Shown piece by piece: positions 21,855-31,246 of a DNA stretch of 32,507 bases. Both the position numbers and the translations under genes were made by a program. Every line of letters starts with the position of its first letter. The first letter of the stretch is position 1. The notes beneath the pieces were generated by a model. That model saw only the letters and a list, made by a program, of their open reading frames with translations, did no database searches and was not told the DNA's origin. The stretch is taken from assembly GCA_964561895.1 (NCBI GenBank), contig CAZLRM010000001.1:1-32507 (forward strand). Reading direction: 5' to 3'. This DNA comes from an uncultured Christensenellaceae bacterium (GTDB lineage Bacteria; Bacillota; Clostridia; Christensenellales; SZUA-584).

Positions 21855-22634
21855 ATGCAGCAGATCGACAAGGGCGGCATGGCGGCGATTAAGCCGCTGT
21901 TTGCGGGCATGGACGATACCATGATACTCTCCTGCCTGCAGGGGCATATGGGGTGCGCGTGGGCGGATGACGCACAGCGCCCGAAAGCAGCACAAATCGT
22001 CACGGGAGATTTATGTTTTCTTGCGGGCGACAGCGAATGCGAAGGTGCGCAGCAGCTTGCCTCGCACATACCGCAAGGTTACGCTTCGCCGTCGCTTCAT
22101 GTCTTCTGCCAGAGCGGGGGATGGCGAAAGCTCGTTGAGGATATTTTCGGCGCGCGGGCGGTGAAGTATACGCGGTACGCGCTATGCCGTGACGCAAGCG
22201 GGTTCGATGCGGAAAAGCTGGCAGATATCGCGCATAGGATACTGCCGGAATACCGCGTTGTGCCGATTGATGCGCGGCTGTTTGATCAAACGCGGCGGGA
22301 GGCATGGTCGAAGGACTTTTGCTCGCAGTTTAAGGATTATGCGGATTACCAGCGCCGCGGCCTCGGCTTTGCTGCAATGGCGGGTGAAGAGCCCGTTAGC
22401 GGCGCGTCCTCCTATACGGTATATGACGGCGGCATTGAGGTCGAAATCGCCACAAAGACGGAGCATCGCCGCAAAGGGCTTGCGGCGGCATGCGCTGCGC
22501 GGCTCATGCTTGCGTGCATGGAGCGCGGTCTGTTCCCCAACTGGGACGCGGCAAATCAAAAATCACTGGCGCTGGCGTGCAAGTTGGGTTACCGCTTCGA
22601 CAGGGAATATATCGCTTATGAACTGCACATATAA
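21855..22634 (+). CDS. GNAT family N-acetyltransferase
   Basis: C-terminal GNAT core EVEIATKTEHRRKGLAAACAARLMLACMERGLFPNWDAANQKSLALACKLGY (acetyl-CoA-binding R-R-K-G-L pattern). Confidence 0.75.
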   Translation: MQQIDKGGMAAIKPLFAGMDDTMILSCLQGHMGCAWADDAQRPKAAQIVTGDLCFLAGDSECEGAQQLASHIPQGYASPSLHVFCQSGGWRKLVEDIFGARAVKYTRYALCRDASGFDAEKLADIAHRILPEYRVVPIDARLFDQTRREAWSKDFCSQFKDYADYQRRGLGFAAMAGEEPVSGASSYTVYDGGIEVEIATKTEHRRKGLAAACAARLMLACMERGLFPNWDAANQKSLALACKLGYRFDREYIAYELHI

Positions 22635-22752
22635 CGTGCGGTATTTGTTAGGAAAGACAGAAAAAAGCAATAATTAGATCGGGAAGGCTTTACAGACCGG
22701 TAATTTTCGTGTAATATGTGTATTCAAATGGTATTATGATGTGAGGGATATT

Positions 22753-22941
22753 ATGAAAGAAAAGAAATATATTGAGTTTATGAACGATATGTCGTTTCCA
22801 AACGAGAGGGTCAGATATATCGGGAAGGTCAAATACCGCGTACAGGATGAGACCGTTGATAAATACCTGATATCCAGAAAAAAGAATATATCGCTGAGCA
22901 AATCCAAAGAGGGAGAGCTGTACTCGGTACGGGAATTCTGA
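22753..22941 (+). CDS. Orphan hypothetical protein (62 aa) on a small AT-rich islet
   Basis: ATG at 22753 follows GAGGGA. Lys-rich MKEKKYIEFMNDMSFPNERVRYIGKVKYRVQDETVDKYLISRKK... Its composition is unlike the flanking genes, and two hairpins follow it. Confidence 0.45.
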   Translation: MKEKKYIEFMNDMSFPNERVRYIGKVKYRVQDETVDKYLISRKKNISLSKSKEGELYSVREF

Positions 22942-22966
22942 ATATCAGAGAGATCAGATATTATAA

Positions 22967-23023
22967 AAGGCTGCATGCGCAGCCTTCAGACCGCTGACAA
23001 ACTTCGTTTGCCGGCGGTTTTTT
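22967..23023 (+). terminator. Two consecutive hairpins; the second is an intrinsic terminator and is also the end of repeat copy B
   Basis: First hairpin AAGGCTGC atgc GCAGCCTT (22967-22986). Second hairpin ACCGCTGACAAAC ttc GTTTGCCGGCGGT (22990-23018) followed by TTTTTT. Confidence 0.6.
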
Positions 23024-23092
23024 ATGTGCCTTACCCATCTTTATGATTGCCTTTCTCAAGGTCGGCCTTGTAGAAAGGCATGTTTCTATGTG
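22991..23092 (-). repeat. Copy B of the roughly 101-nt structured element, inverted relative to copy A at 2275-2375
   Basis: The reverse complement reads cacatagaaacatgcctttctacaaggccgaccttgagaaaggcaatcataaagatgggtaaggcacataaaaaaccgccggcaaacgaagtttgtcagcgg. Confidence 0.85.
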
Positions 23093-23229
23093 GAATCCCT
23101 CATCTGAGGGAGTCAGTATTAAATTATATCGACAGCCTGAATAACCCTGTGTGATTTTTACGGAGCAGGGTTATTTCCGCAGCGAAGAAGAGAAAATAAT
23201 GCTATGAAAATCGCAGGCGGGCATATGAC

Positions 23230-24663
23230 TTGAATAAGAAAAAGGGGCTGTCGGTGTGGCAGCTTGTGATGATGGCGCTGGGTACGGTGATCGGCGGCTC
23301 GTACTTTTTGGGCAGCGCGGTTGCGATCAATGCTGCGGGGCCGTCTGTGCTGATCGGCTTTATCATCGGCGGCGCGATGGTGTACTTCATACTGTTCGCG
23401 CTCTCCGAGATGACGGTGGCCAGCCCGGAGGTCGGCTCGTTCCGCGCTTACGCGGCAAAAGCATTTGGCCCGGGCATGGGTTTCGTCGTGGGCTGGGTGT
23501 ACTGGACGGGCATGGCACTCGCGATGAGCAGCGAGGCCACGGCGGTATCCATACTGCTTCGGCAATGGATACCGGAGCTTTCGCTGCCGCTCGTGGGCAG
23601 CATTATTATCGTTGCCGTCACGCTGATCAATCTGCTCGGTGCGGATCAGCTCGGCAGGCTCGAGAGCGGCCTCGCCGCGGTTAAGCTGTTTGCGGTCGTG
23701 GCGTTTATCGTAACGGCGGTGCTGCTGGTCGCGGGGGTGTTGACAGGCCGCGCGGCGGTGGGATTTGGCGCGGTGGGTACGGAACCGTTTTTCGCGGGCG
23801 GCGCGCCGGGCTTTGCAGGCAGCCTGCTCATTGTGATGTTTTCCTACGCGGGATTCGAGGTGATCGGCCTCGCCGCGTCCGAGGCGCGGGAGCCCAAAAA
23901 CGTGGTGATCCCCAAGGCGATACGACGCACGGTGCTGTGCCTCGTCGGGCTCTATGTCGTATCCGTCGCGCTGTTGCTGCCGCTTGTGCCCGCAAACAGC
24001 CTCAGTGCGGACGCGAGCCCGTACGTGCAGGCGCTGTACGCCGGCGGCGTCGGCTGGGCGGGGACGGCGATGAATATCGTGCTGATTTCGGCGATACTTT
24101 CTACGATGCTTGCGGCGATGTTCGGCCTCGGGCGCATGATGCGCTCACTGGCGGACGAGGGCATGGCGCCGCGCTGGCTCAGGGACAAAACAGACGTACC
24201 CCGCCGCGGCATTCTCGCCTCGGGCACGGCGATGCTGGTTTCGCTCGGCGTCGGCCAACTGCTGCCCAGCGTATACGTGTTTTTAATCAGCTCGGGCGGC
24301 TTCGCGCTGCTTTTAACCTATGCTGTGATTATGGCAACGCATATCCGCTTCCGCCGCAGGCACGGCTGCCCGCCCGACGGCAAATGCCAGCTTTGGGGCT
24401 TTCCGTACACCTCTGCCGTTGTGCTCGTGCTGCTCATCGTCGCGATCGTGAGCATGCCTTTTATCGCAGGACAGCTTTCAGGGCTCATCGCGGGCTGCAT
24501 ACTGGTTGCGATTTATGCGGCCGCCTATGCAGTGATGCACCGGCTTCGCCGCTGGCAACTGCGTGCGCAGGGGCCGCAGGGCCTTACACAAAGCTTTTCG
24601 ACGGAAGCCTCAGAAGAATTGCGTCCCGGCCGCAAGTGTGATAGTAAAAAGAGACGGCCATAA
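23230..24663 (+). CDS. APC-superfamily amino acid permease
   Basis: 12-TM style sequence with an N-terminal KKGLSVWQLVMMALGTVIGGSYFLGS signature and later FSYAGFEVIGLAASEA. Apparent TTG start at 23230, 8 nt after AGGCGGG. Confidence 0.85.
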   Translation: MNKKKGLSVWQLVMMALGTVIGGSYFLGSAVAINAAGPSVLIGFIIGGAMVYFILFALSEMTVASPEVGSFRAYAAKAFGPGMGFVVGWVYWTGMALAMSSEATAVSILLRQWIPELSLPLVGSIIIVAVTLINLLGADQLGRLESGLAAVKLFAVVAFIVTAVLLVAGVLTGRAAVGFGAVGTEPFFAGGAPGFAGSLLIVMFSYAGFEVIGLAASEAREPKNVVIPKAIRRTVLCLVGLYVVSVALLLPLVPANSLSADASPYVQALYAGGVGWAGTAMNIVLISAILSTMLAAMFGLGRMMRSLADEGMAPRWLRDKTDVPRRGILASGTAMLVSLGVGQLLPSVYVFLISSGGFALLLTYAVIMATHIRFRRRHGCPPDGKCQLWGFPYTSAVVLVLLIVAIVSMPFIAGQLSGLIAGCILVAIYAAAYAVMHRLRRWQLRAQGPQGLTQSFSTEASEELRPGRKCDSKKRRP

Positions 24664-24718
24664 TCCCGTTGTGGTATAAGCCCAACCTTAGGCGAGACGC
24701 GTAGCAGCTGTTTATTCA

Positions 24719-24747
24719 TTGAAGGCCTCGCGTTTTCATGATATAAT
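24719..24747 (+). promoter_or_regulatory. Promoter of the MarR-family gene
   Basis: TTGAAG (24719-24724), 17-nt spacer ending TGa, TATAAT (24742-24747). Confidence 0.55.
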
Positions 24748-24768
24748 GAAAAAGGCAAGGGGCGTATT

Positions 24769-24788
24769 AAATGACTTGTCCGTCATTT
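24769..24788. promoter_or_regulatory. Perfect inverted repeat AAATGAC-n6-GTCATTT, candidate MarR/FabT-type operator
   Basis: It lies between the -10 box and the start codon of the MarR gene. Confidence 0.4.
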
Positions 24789-24809
24789 GTATCGGGGTGG
24801 GGGAATATC

Positions 24810-25259
24810 ATGGACGAGCGGGAAATCAAAAAGCTGCTGAATCAGGTGCTCAAAGACCTGTTCTATAAAATACTCCGTTTACAGGAAAGAAACGTATCGC
24901 AGTCGTCCGGAAGCGCGGTCAGCCGCACGGAGATGCATATATTGGAAGCTGTGCAGGACGAACCGGACGCCACGCTTACGCACATCGCGGATACGATGGG
25001 CATCACCAAACCGACTGTGAGCGTATCGGTAGCGCGCCTGACGGAAAAGGGCCTGCTTAAAAAAGCAGTGTCTGAAAAAGACAAGCGAAAAAGCATTTTG
25101 AAGCTGACCGAAGCGGGGGAAATTTGCTGCCATAAACACAGACAGTTCCACGATATGATGATTGAAGGCCTCGTACGCGATTTTAAAATTGAGGAATACC
25201 CGTATGTATTAAAATCCCTTCAGGCGCTGCTCGACTTTTTTAGCCATCTCGAACACTGA
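24810..25259 (+). CDS. MarR family transcriptional regulator (FabT-like by position upstream of the fab cluster)
   Basis: Winged-HTH TLTHIADTMGITKPTVSVSVARLTEKGLLKK..DKRKSILKLTEAG. ATG at 24810 follows GGTGGGGGA. Confidence 0.8.
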   Translation: MDEREIKKLLNQVLKDLFYKILRLQERNVSQSSGSAVSRTEMHILEAVQDEPDATLTHIADTMGITKPTVSVSVARLTEKGLLKKAVSEKDKRKSILKLTEAGEICCHKHRQFHDMMIEGLVRDFKIEEYPYVLKSLQALLDFFSHLEH

Positions 25260-25456
25260 GAATCGCACTTTACGGATCAGTTTGTGCTCACCGGAAAATA
25301 CAATCACGCAAACAATATTAAAAGAGTAATAATAATCAAAACGCTTTCGAAAATGTTTCTTAATAAACATAGCCATATTATACGATGGACAGCCATCTGC
25401 CGTCTTTCTCTATGAACGTTTTATAAATCCTGTTACATTTGTTAACAATCGTTTCA

Positions 25457-25485
25457 TTGACATCACCGAATCAAGGTGTTAATAT
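25457..25485 (+). promoter_or_regulatory. Promoter of the acc/fab operon
   Basis: TTGACA (25457-25462), 17-nt spacer ending TGt, TAATAT (25480-25485). The inverted repeat GTTAG-tagtg-CTAAC at 25502-25516 lies just downstream, and the palindrome TGTTAACA just upstream. Confidence 0.55.
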
Positions 25486-25586
25486 TCTTTAAAAATGAAT
25501 TGTTAGTAGTGCTAACCTTAATGGATGTATGACTACTATTTTTACGGCAATAGATACTAGGAACGCCTTGAATTGCGGAGGATGGC

Positions 25587-26012
25587 ATGGACGTAGAAAA
25601 AATTTTCAGCCTGATCGACAAAGCGGAATCATCATCGTTTGATAAAATCGAAATTCAGATACAGGATGTAAGGCTTTGCCTGGAGCGCAACAAATGCCAG
25701 ACGGGCATACCGGCTGTTCCTGCCCCCCAAAAGGAAACCGCAGCGTCGGCAGCCCAGGAGGCGGAAACGGAGGATGTTCTGTTTGCGCCGATTTCGGGTG
25801 TGTTTTATGCAGCGCGCGAACCGGGTGCCGAGCCGTATGTGCGTGAGGGCCAGCATGTACACAAGGGCGATACGGTCTGCATTATCGAGGCGATGAAGAT
25901 GATGAATGAGATTTGCGCACCGAAATCCGGTGTGATTGAACGGATTTTTGTAGAAAATACGCAGGCAATAGAAGCAAGCGACGCGCTGTTTTTATTTGCG
26001 AAGGAAGCCTGA
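25587..26012 (+). CDS. accB: Acetyl-CoA carboxylase biotin carboxyl carrier protein
   Basis: Biotinylation motif CIIEAMKMMNEI. RBS GCGGAGGA. Confidence 0.9.
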   Translation: MDVEKIFSLIDKAESSSFDKIEIQIQDVRLCLERNKCQTGIPAVPAPQKETAASAAQEAETEDVLFAPISGVFYAAREPGAEPYVREGQHVHKGDTVCIIEAMKMMNEICAPKSGVIERIFVENTQAIEASDALFLFAKEA

Positions 26013-27382
26013 TGAATACGGTGCTTATTGCAAACCGCGGGGAGATTGCCGTCCGCATTATCCGCACGTGTAAAAAGCTGGGGCTCAAGACGATATCGGT
26101 GTTTTCCGAAAACGACCAAGGCAGTCTGCACGTCAGGCTTGCGGATGAAAGCGTGTGTATCGGCCCGCGGCCTGCGGAAAAAAGCTATCTTAACATCGAA
26201 AGCATCGTTGCGGCGGCAAGGGCATATCACGCCGATTATATCCACCCGGGCGTAGGCTTTTTGTCGGAGAACGCGGAGTTCAGGCGCGTGTGCGACGAGG
26301 AAGGCATTCGCTTTATCGGCCCGGATGCGGATGCGATGGTGCTGCTGGAGGACAAGCAGAAAGCGCGCACGTGGATGCAGGAGAACGGTTTCCCGGTGGT
26401 ACCTGGCAGCCAGGGCCATGTTGAAAACGTCAAGGCGGCGGTTTCGGTCTGCAAGAACACAGGCTTTCCGGTAATGCTCAAGGCGGCCAAAGGCGGCGGC
26501 GGAAAGGGCATCCGCATCGTGGGTAACGTACAGGAACTTGAAAAGGAATTCCCGCTCGTGAGCCGCGAGGCCGAGCTCGCCTTCGGCGATAACAGCATGT
26601 ATATCGAAAGCTACCTGCCACAGGCGCGCCATATCGAAGTACAGATAATCGCGGACGAGTATGGCAGCGTGCTGCACCTGGGCACGCGTGAATGCAGTTT
26701 GCAGCGCAAGAACCAGAAGCTTTTGGAGGAAGCCCCCGCGCCTTTTATTGAACCCAAGGTACGAAGCGCGATGGAGAAAACCGCGGTAGAAATAGCGCGG
26801 CGCAGCGGCTATAAAAACGCGGGTACGGTGGAGTTCCTGTATAAGGACGGCAAATATTACTTCATGGAGATGAACACGCGCATACAGGTGGAGCATCCCG
26901 TGACGGAGAGCATATTCGGCGTAGACCTCATCAAGGCGCAAATACAAGTGGCCATGGGGCATCACTTAAATTTGCGGCAGGAGGATATCGTATCGCGCGG
27001 GCATGCGATCGAATGCCGCATCAACGCGGAGAACGTGATGGAGAACTTCCGGCCTTCGCCGGGAGTCATTAAATCGATGCGGATGCCGGGCGGCAACGGC
27101 GTGCGTGTGGATACAGGCTACGGCCCGGGCGACGAGATACCGCCCTACTACGACTCGATGATTATGAAAATCATCTGCGTTGGCGACGATCGCGACGAAG
27201 CGGTGCGCTTAAGCCATGCCGCACTCGGTGAGCTTAAGATTGAAGGAATTGCGCATAACGCCGCTTTTACGCAGGCGATACTGAGGCATCCCGCGTTTGG
27301 CAGCGGCGGTGTGCATACCAAGTGGATCGAGCAGGAATTTATCCATCAGTTTTTGGAGAGACAGCATGAATCTGTTCACTGA
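26012..27382 (+). CDS. accC: Acetyl-CoA carboxylase biotin carboxylase subunit
   Basis: VLIANRGEIAVRIIRT, KAAKGGGGKGIR, EMNTRIQVEHPVTE. Confidence 0.95.
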   Translation: MNTVLIANRGEIAVRIIRTCKKLGLKTISVFSENDQGSLHVRLADESVCIGPRPAEKSYLNIESIVAAARAYHADYIHPGVGFLSENAEFRRVCDEEGIRFIGPDADAMVLLEDKQKARTWMQENGFPVVPGSQGHVENVKAAVSVCKNTGFPVMLKAAKGGGGKGIRIVGNVQELEKEFPLVSREAELAFGDNSMYIESYLPQARHIEVQIIADEYGSVLHLGTRECSLQRKNQKLLEEAPAPFIEPKVRSAMEKTAVEIARRSGYKNAGTVEFLYKDGKYYFMEMNTRIQVEHPVTESIFGVDLIKAQIQVAMGHHLNLRQEDIVSRGHAIECRINAENVMENFRPSPGVIKSMRMPGGNGVRVDTGYGPGDEIPPYYDSMIMKIICVGDDRDEAVRLSHAALGELKIEGIAHNAAFTQAILRHPAFGSGGVHTKWIEQEFIHQFLERQHESVH

Positions 27383-28214
27383 AAAAATCGAGACGGACAG
27401 CGCATCTCAGCGTATAGTGGTAGAGACGCTGCGCTGCGGCAAATGCGGCAAGGATCTGCTCGCGGATATATTTCACGCGAACGATTCCACCTGCCCGTAC
27501 TGCGGCGCGCTGTTTCGGCAGCCCGCCTACAAACGCATCGAGTCCATTACGGATTCGGGCAGCTTCATTGAGATCGAGCGAGAGGCGGAGAGCAGCGACC
27601 CGCTCTCGTTTCCGGGCTATAAGACGAGGATCGCCAAGGAGAAGAGCAAATCGAGTGCACAGGAAGGCGTGGTGATCGGCAAAGCGACGATACAGGGACA
27701 CCGCACCGCACTTGCCGTAATGGATTCGTATTTCATGATGGGCAGCATGGGTACGGTCGTGGGTGAAAAAATCGTAATCATCGCAGAATTCGCGACGCTG
27801 AACCGTCTGCCGCTTATCATATTCTGCGCGTCGGGCGGCGCCCGCATGCAGGAGGGCATACACTCGCTGCTGCAGATGTCGCGCACGACGATAGCGCTTG
27901 CCCGCCACGCGGAACAAAAACTGCTGCACGTCAACGTATTGACGCACCCCACGACAGGCGGCGTCACGGCGAGCTTTGCGATGCAGGGCGATATTACGAT
28001 CGCGGAGCCGGGCGCTCTGATCGGCTTCGCCGGGCCACGCGTGATCGAACAGGCGGAGAGGTGCAAACTTCCTGAGGGGTTCCAGACCGCAGAGAGCCTC
28101 TATGCCCATGGCCTTATCGACCGTATCGTGGAAAGAAAAGACCTGCGCAATACGCTGGGCGATATACTTGCGCTGCACGGCAGCGACGCACATAAACCGA
28201 TCAAAAAAACGTGA
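27366..28214 (+). CDS. accD: Acetyl-CoA carboxylase carboxyltransferase beta subunit
   Basis: N-terminal zinc ribbon CGKCGK..CPYCG, then GSMGTVVGEK and SGGARMQEG. ATG at 27366 follows GGAGAG and overlaps the end of accC. Confidence 0.9.
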   Translation: MNLFTEKIETDSASQRIVVETLRCGKCGKDLLADIFHANDSTCPYCGALFRQPAYKRIESITDSGSFIEIEREAESSDPLSFPGYKTRIAKEKSKSSAQEGVVIGKATIQGHRTALAVMDSYFMMGSMGTVVGEKIVIIAEFATLNRLPLIIFCASGGARMQEGIHSLLQMSRTTIALARHAEQKLLHVNVLTHPTTGGVTASFAMQGDITIAEPGALIGFAGPRVIEQAERCKLPEGFQTAESLYAHGLIDRIVERKDLRNTLGDILALHGSDAHKPIKKT

Positions 28215-28232
28215 TAAAGGGAATGAAAAAGA

Positions 28233-29063
28233 ATGCCACCTAAAGGAGCTGAACCGCGCGGCGCAGTCAGAGAAAAAAAGTCCTGGGATAAAGTGATGAG
28301 CGCGCGTAAGGAGAACCGCCCTCAGGCGCGGGATTATATCGATAAGCTGTTTACCAGCGTGTTCGAGGTGAAGGGCGATCGCTGCTTCGGCGACGACGAC
28401 GCAATCGTGACAGCGATTGCGTGGTTCGAGGATTGGCCCGTCACGGTGATCGGACAGCAGAAAGGGCATACGCTCGAAGAGCGTATGCGCTGCAGGTTCG
28501 GTATGCCAAGCCCCGAAGGCTACCGTAAATCCATCCGGGCGCTTAAACAGGCGGAGAAGTTCCGGCGGCCTGTGATCTGCATCGTGGATACGCCGGGCGC
28601 TTTTGCCGGAGTCGAGGCTGAGGAGCGCGGGCAGGGGCTCATTATCGCGGAGCATCTTCGTACGATGGCAACGCTTAAAACCCCCGTCATATCGATCATC
28701 ATCGGCGAGGGCGGCAGCGGAGGCGCGCTGGCATTGTCGCTAGCCGACAGGCTGATCATGATGGAGAACAGCTATTTTTCCGTCATCGCACCCGAAAGCT
28801 GTGCGACAATACTATTCAAGGACAGCTCAATGGCACAGCAGATGGCAGAGGATTTAAAACTCACGGCGGAGGATTTAAAGCGCTTCAGCATTGTGGACAA
28901 TGTGATCGACGAACCTGAGGGCTTTAACCGGTTTAATATGGATAAAAGCGTGGAGGATATCCGCCACCTGTTCAGGATGTACTTAAAACGGTTGACAAAG
29001 GTATCGCCGAACCGGCTTGTAGAAAAACGTCATGAGAAATTTTTAGGCATGAGGGGATTATAA
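28233..29063 (+). CDS. accA: Acetyl-CoA carboxylase carboxyltransferase alpha subunit
   Basis: ARKENRPQARDYIDKLF, GDRCFGDDDAIV, IDTPGAFAGVEAEERGQ, IGEGGSGGALA. Confidence 0.9.
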   Translation: MPPKGAEPRGAVREKKSWDKVMSARKENRPQARDYIDKLFTSVFEVKGDRCFGDDDAIVTAIAWFEDWPVTVIGQQKGHTLEERMRCRFGMPSPEGYRKSIRALKQAEKFRRPVICIVDTPGAFAGVEAEERGQGLIIAEHLRTMATLKTPVISIIIGEGGSGGALALSLADRLIMMENSYFSVIAPESCATILFKDSSMAQQMAEDLKLTAEDLKRFSIVDNVIDEPEGFNRFNMDKSVEDIRHLFRMYLKRLTKVSPNRLVEKRHEKFLGMRGL

Positions 29064-29067
29064 ACGA

Positions 29068-30039
29068 ATGGCATATGTGAAGATCGCAGGGATGGCAAGC
29101 AGCCTGCCCGAAAAGATAGTGACCAATTTCGACCTCGAGAAAATCGTCGATACGAACGATGAATGGATACGCAAGCGTACGGGTATCCATGAGCGCCATG
29201 TTATCACGCACGAAACTACGACGGGTATGGCAGCGGATGCCGCGCGTAAAGCGATAGAGAACGCGGGTGTCGATCCGAAATCCATCGGGCTTATCGTCGG
29301 CTGCACGATCACGGGCGATTACGTGACGCCCTCCATGGCGAGCCACGTGCAGCGGGAACTTAGGATAGAATCGTGCGCTGCGATGGATATATCGGCGGGC
29401 TGCACGGGCTTTGTGTATGCGCTTGTAACCGCGTCGAACCTCATGGAAGCGCTGGGGATAGACGCTGCGCTCGTGGTAGCGGGTGAGGCGCTGACAAAGC
29501 TAACCGACTGGACCGACCGCGGCACCTGTGTGCTTTTCGGCGACGGCGCGGGCGCGGCGGTACTGAAGAAAAGCGACAAGGAGAACGTCAGGTTCCCCAT
29601 ACTTGGCGGTTCTCCCGATCCCGAGGATGTGCTTTCGTGCAAAGCTACGCGTGAGACGCCTTTTACGGGAGGTGCAAAGCAGTCTAAAATGGAGTACATC
29701 CAGATGAAGGGCAAGGAGGTGTTCACTTATGCGGTGGGCGCCATTGAGGATGTACTGAAAAAATTGCTTGCCAAGTGCGGTGACAAGCCGTTTAATAAGG
29801 TGATACCGCATCAGGCCAATGCCAAGATCATCGACTGCGTGATTCGCAGCATGCATCTGGATCCGGATCAGTTTTTTGTGGATATCAACAAATATGCCAA
29901 CACCTCTTCCGCAACGATACCCATCGCGATGTGTGACGCAGCGCAGCACGGCTGGCTCCGCAACGGAGACCGCGTGGCGCTCGTCGGCTTTGGCGCGGGG
30001 CTCACATGCGGCGGAGTGGTGATAGATTGGGTAATTTAA
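29068..30039 (+). CDS. fabH: 3-oxoacyl-ACP synthase III
   Basis: NDEWIRKRTGIHERH, active-site AGCTGFVYAL, HQANAKII, GFGAGLT. Confidence 0.95.
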   Translation: MAYVKIAGMASSLPEKIVTNFDLEKIVDTNDEWIRKRTGIHERHVITHETTTGMAADAARKAIENAGVDPKSIGLIVGCTITGDYVTPSMASHVQRELRIESCAAMDISAGCTGFVYALVTASNLMEALGIDAALVVAGEALTKLTDWTDRGTCVLFGDGAGAAVLKKSDKENVRFPILGGSPDPEDVLSCKATRETPFTGGAKQSKMEYIQMKGKEVFTYAVGAIEDVLKKLLAKCGDKPFNKVIPHQANAKIIDCVIRSMHLDPDQFFVDINKYANTSSATIPIAMCDAAQHGWLRNGDRVALVGFGAGLTCGGVVIDWVI

Positions 30040-30060
30040 TAACATACGGAGGGTAAAATT

Positions 30061-30294
30061 ATGGAGGAAAAGATCATTGCCAAGATTGTGGAGCAGCTCG
30101 ATATCGATCGAGAAACCATCACGTCAAACTCGCGCTTTGTTGAGGACTTCGAAATGGATTCGCTTGATATGGTGGAAATGCTGATCGGTATCGAAAAGGA
30201 GCTCGACATCATGATCCCCAACGAGGAGATCAAGGACGTCCATACGGTGGGTGAGCTCGCGGCATATCTGGAGAAGAAGCGAAATGAGGCGTAA
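30061..30294 (+). CDS. acpP: Acyl carrier protein
   Basis: 77 aa, with the phosphopantetheine-attachment motif EMDSLDMVEM. Confidence 0.95.
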   Translation: MEEKIIAKIVEQLDIDRETITSNSRFVEDFEMDSLDMVEMLIGIEKELDIMIPNEEIKDVHTVGELAAYLEKKRNEA

Positions 30295-31234
30295 CATTGC
30301 TTCCATACTGGGCATTGAATATCCGCTGATACAGGGCGGCATGGCGTGGGTTTCAAACGCCAGCCTTGCTTCGGCGGTGTCGATGGCGGGAGGCCTTGGC
30401 GTGATCGCGGCGGGCAACGCGCCGCCGGACTGGGTGCGCGCGCAGATCAAAGAACTTCGTGGCAAGACAGACAAGCCTTTTGGACTCAATGTGATGCTTC
30501 TTAGCCCCTATGTGGAGGATATCGCTAAAATAGTCTCGGAGGAGCGCGTGTCGGTGGTCATCACGGGCGCGGGCAACCCGGCGTCTTTTGTGCGTTCCTG
30601 GAAGGAAGCGGGCTGTATTATCGCGCCGGTCGTCGCAAGCAGCGCGCTCGCACAGATGATGCAGCGCGCGGGTGCGGACTTTCTGATCGCAGAAGGTTGC
30701 GAGGCGGGCGGCCACATCGGCGAGCTAACGACGATGGTACTCACCCCTGATATTATCAGGGCTGTGGATCTGCCTGTGGTAGCGGCGGGCGGAATATACG
30801 ACGCGGAGACAGTCGCGGCGGCTTTCTGCCTCGGCGCTTCGGGTGTTCAGGTGGGGACAAGGTTCATACTTGCGCAGGAGTGCACCGCAAATGACGAATA
30901 CAAGCAGCGAGTGATTAAGGCCAGGGATATCGACAGCAAGGTGACGGGACGCGTGACGGGGCATCCGGTGCGTCTGATCAGAAGCCCTATCGTGCGTGAG
31001 ATGATGCGGCTGGAGTATGAGGAAGACGGTGCGGAGAAACTCGAAAAGCTTGGCGAGGGTTCGCTGATGCGCGCGGTGTTGTACGGCGACAAGGATACGG
31101 GTTCGTTCATGGCGGGACAGTGTGCGTGCATGATGGATAAAGTGCAGCCTGCGGCGCAGATCATCCGTGAACTGTTTGACAAGTCGGCCTTGAAACGCAT
31201 ACGGGACGATGCTTTCGGCTTTTTGCTGGACTGA
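30284..31234 (+). CDS. fabK: Enoyl-ACP reductase II (FMN-dependent, nitronate monooxygenase fold)
   Basis: ILGIEYPLIQGGMAWVS, VITGAGNP, EAGGHIG, AAGGI. ATG at 30284 overlaps the acpP 3' end by 11 nt. Confidence 0.85.
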   Translation: MRRNIASILGIEYPLIQGGMAWVSNASLASAVSMAGGLGVIAAGNAPPDWVRAQIKELRGKTDKPFGLNVMLLSPYVEDIAKIVSEERVSVVITGAGNPASFVRSWKEAGCIIAPVVASSALAQMMQRAGADFLIAEGCEAGGHIGELTTMVLTPDIIRAVDLPVVAAGGIYDAETVAAAFCLGASGVQVGTRFILAQECTANDEYKQRVIKARDIDSKVTGRVTGHPVRLIRSPIVREMMRLEYEEDGAEKLEKLGEGSLMRAVLYGDKDTGSFMAGQCACMMDKVQPAAQIIRELFDKSALKRIRDDAFGFLLD

Positions 31235-31246
31235 AGGGGTAACGCT

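Noticed and set aside
22734-22976. 80-aa minus-strand ORF opposite the 62-aa orphan ORF
   Set aside because: The plus-strand ORF has the better RBS (GAGGGA) and downstream terminators in the matching orientation. The minus frame is Ser/Ile/Phe-rich chance text. Both remain low confidence.
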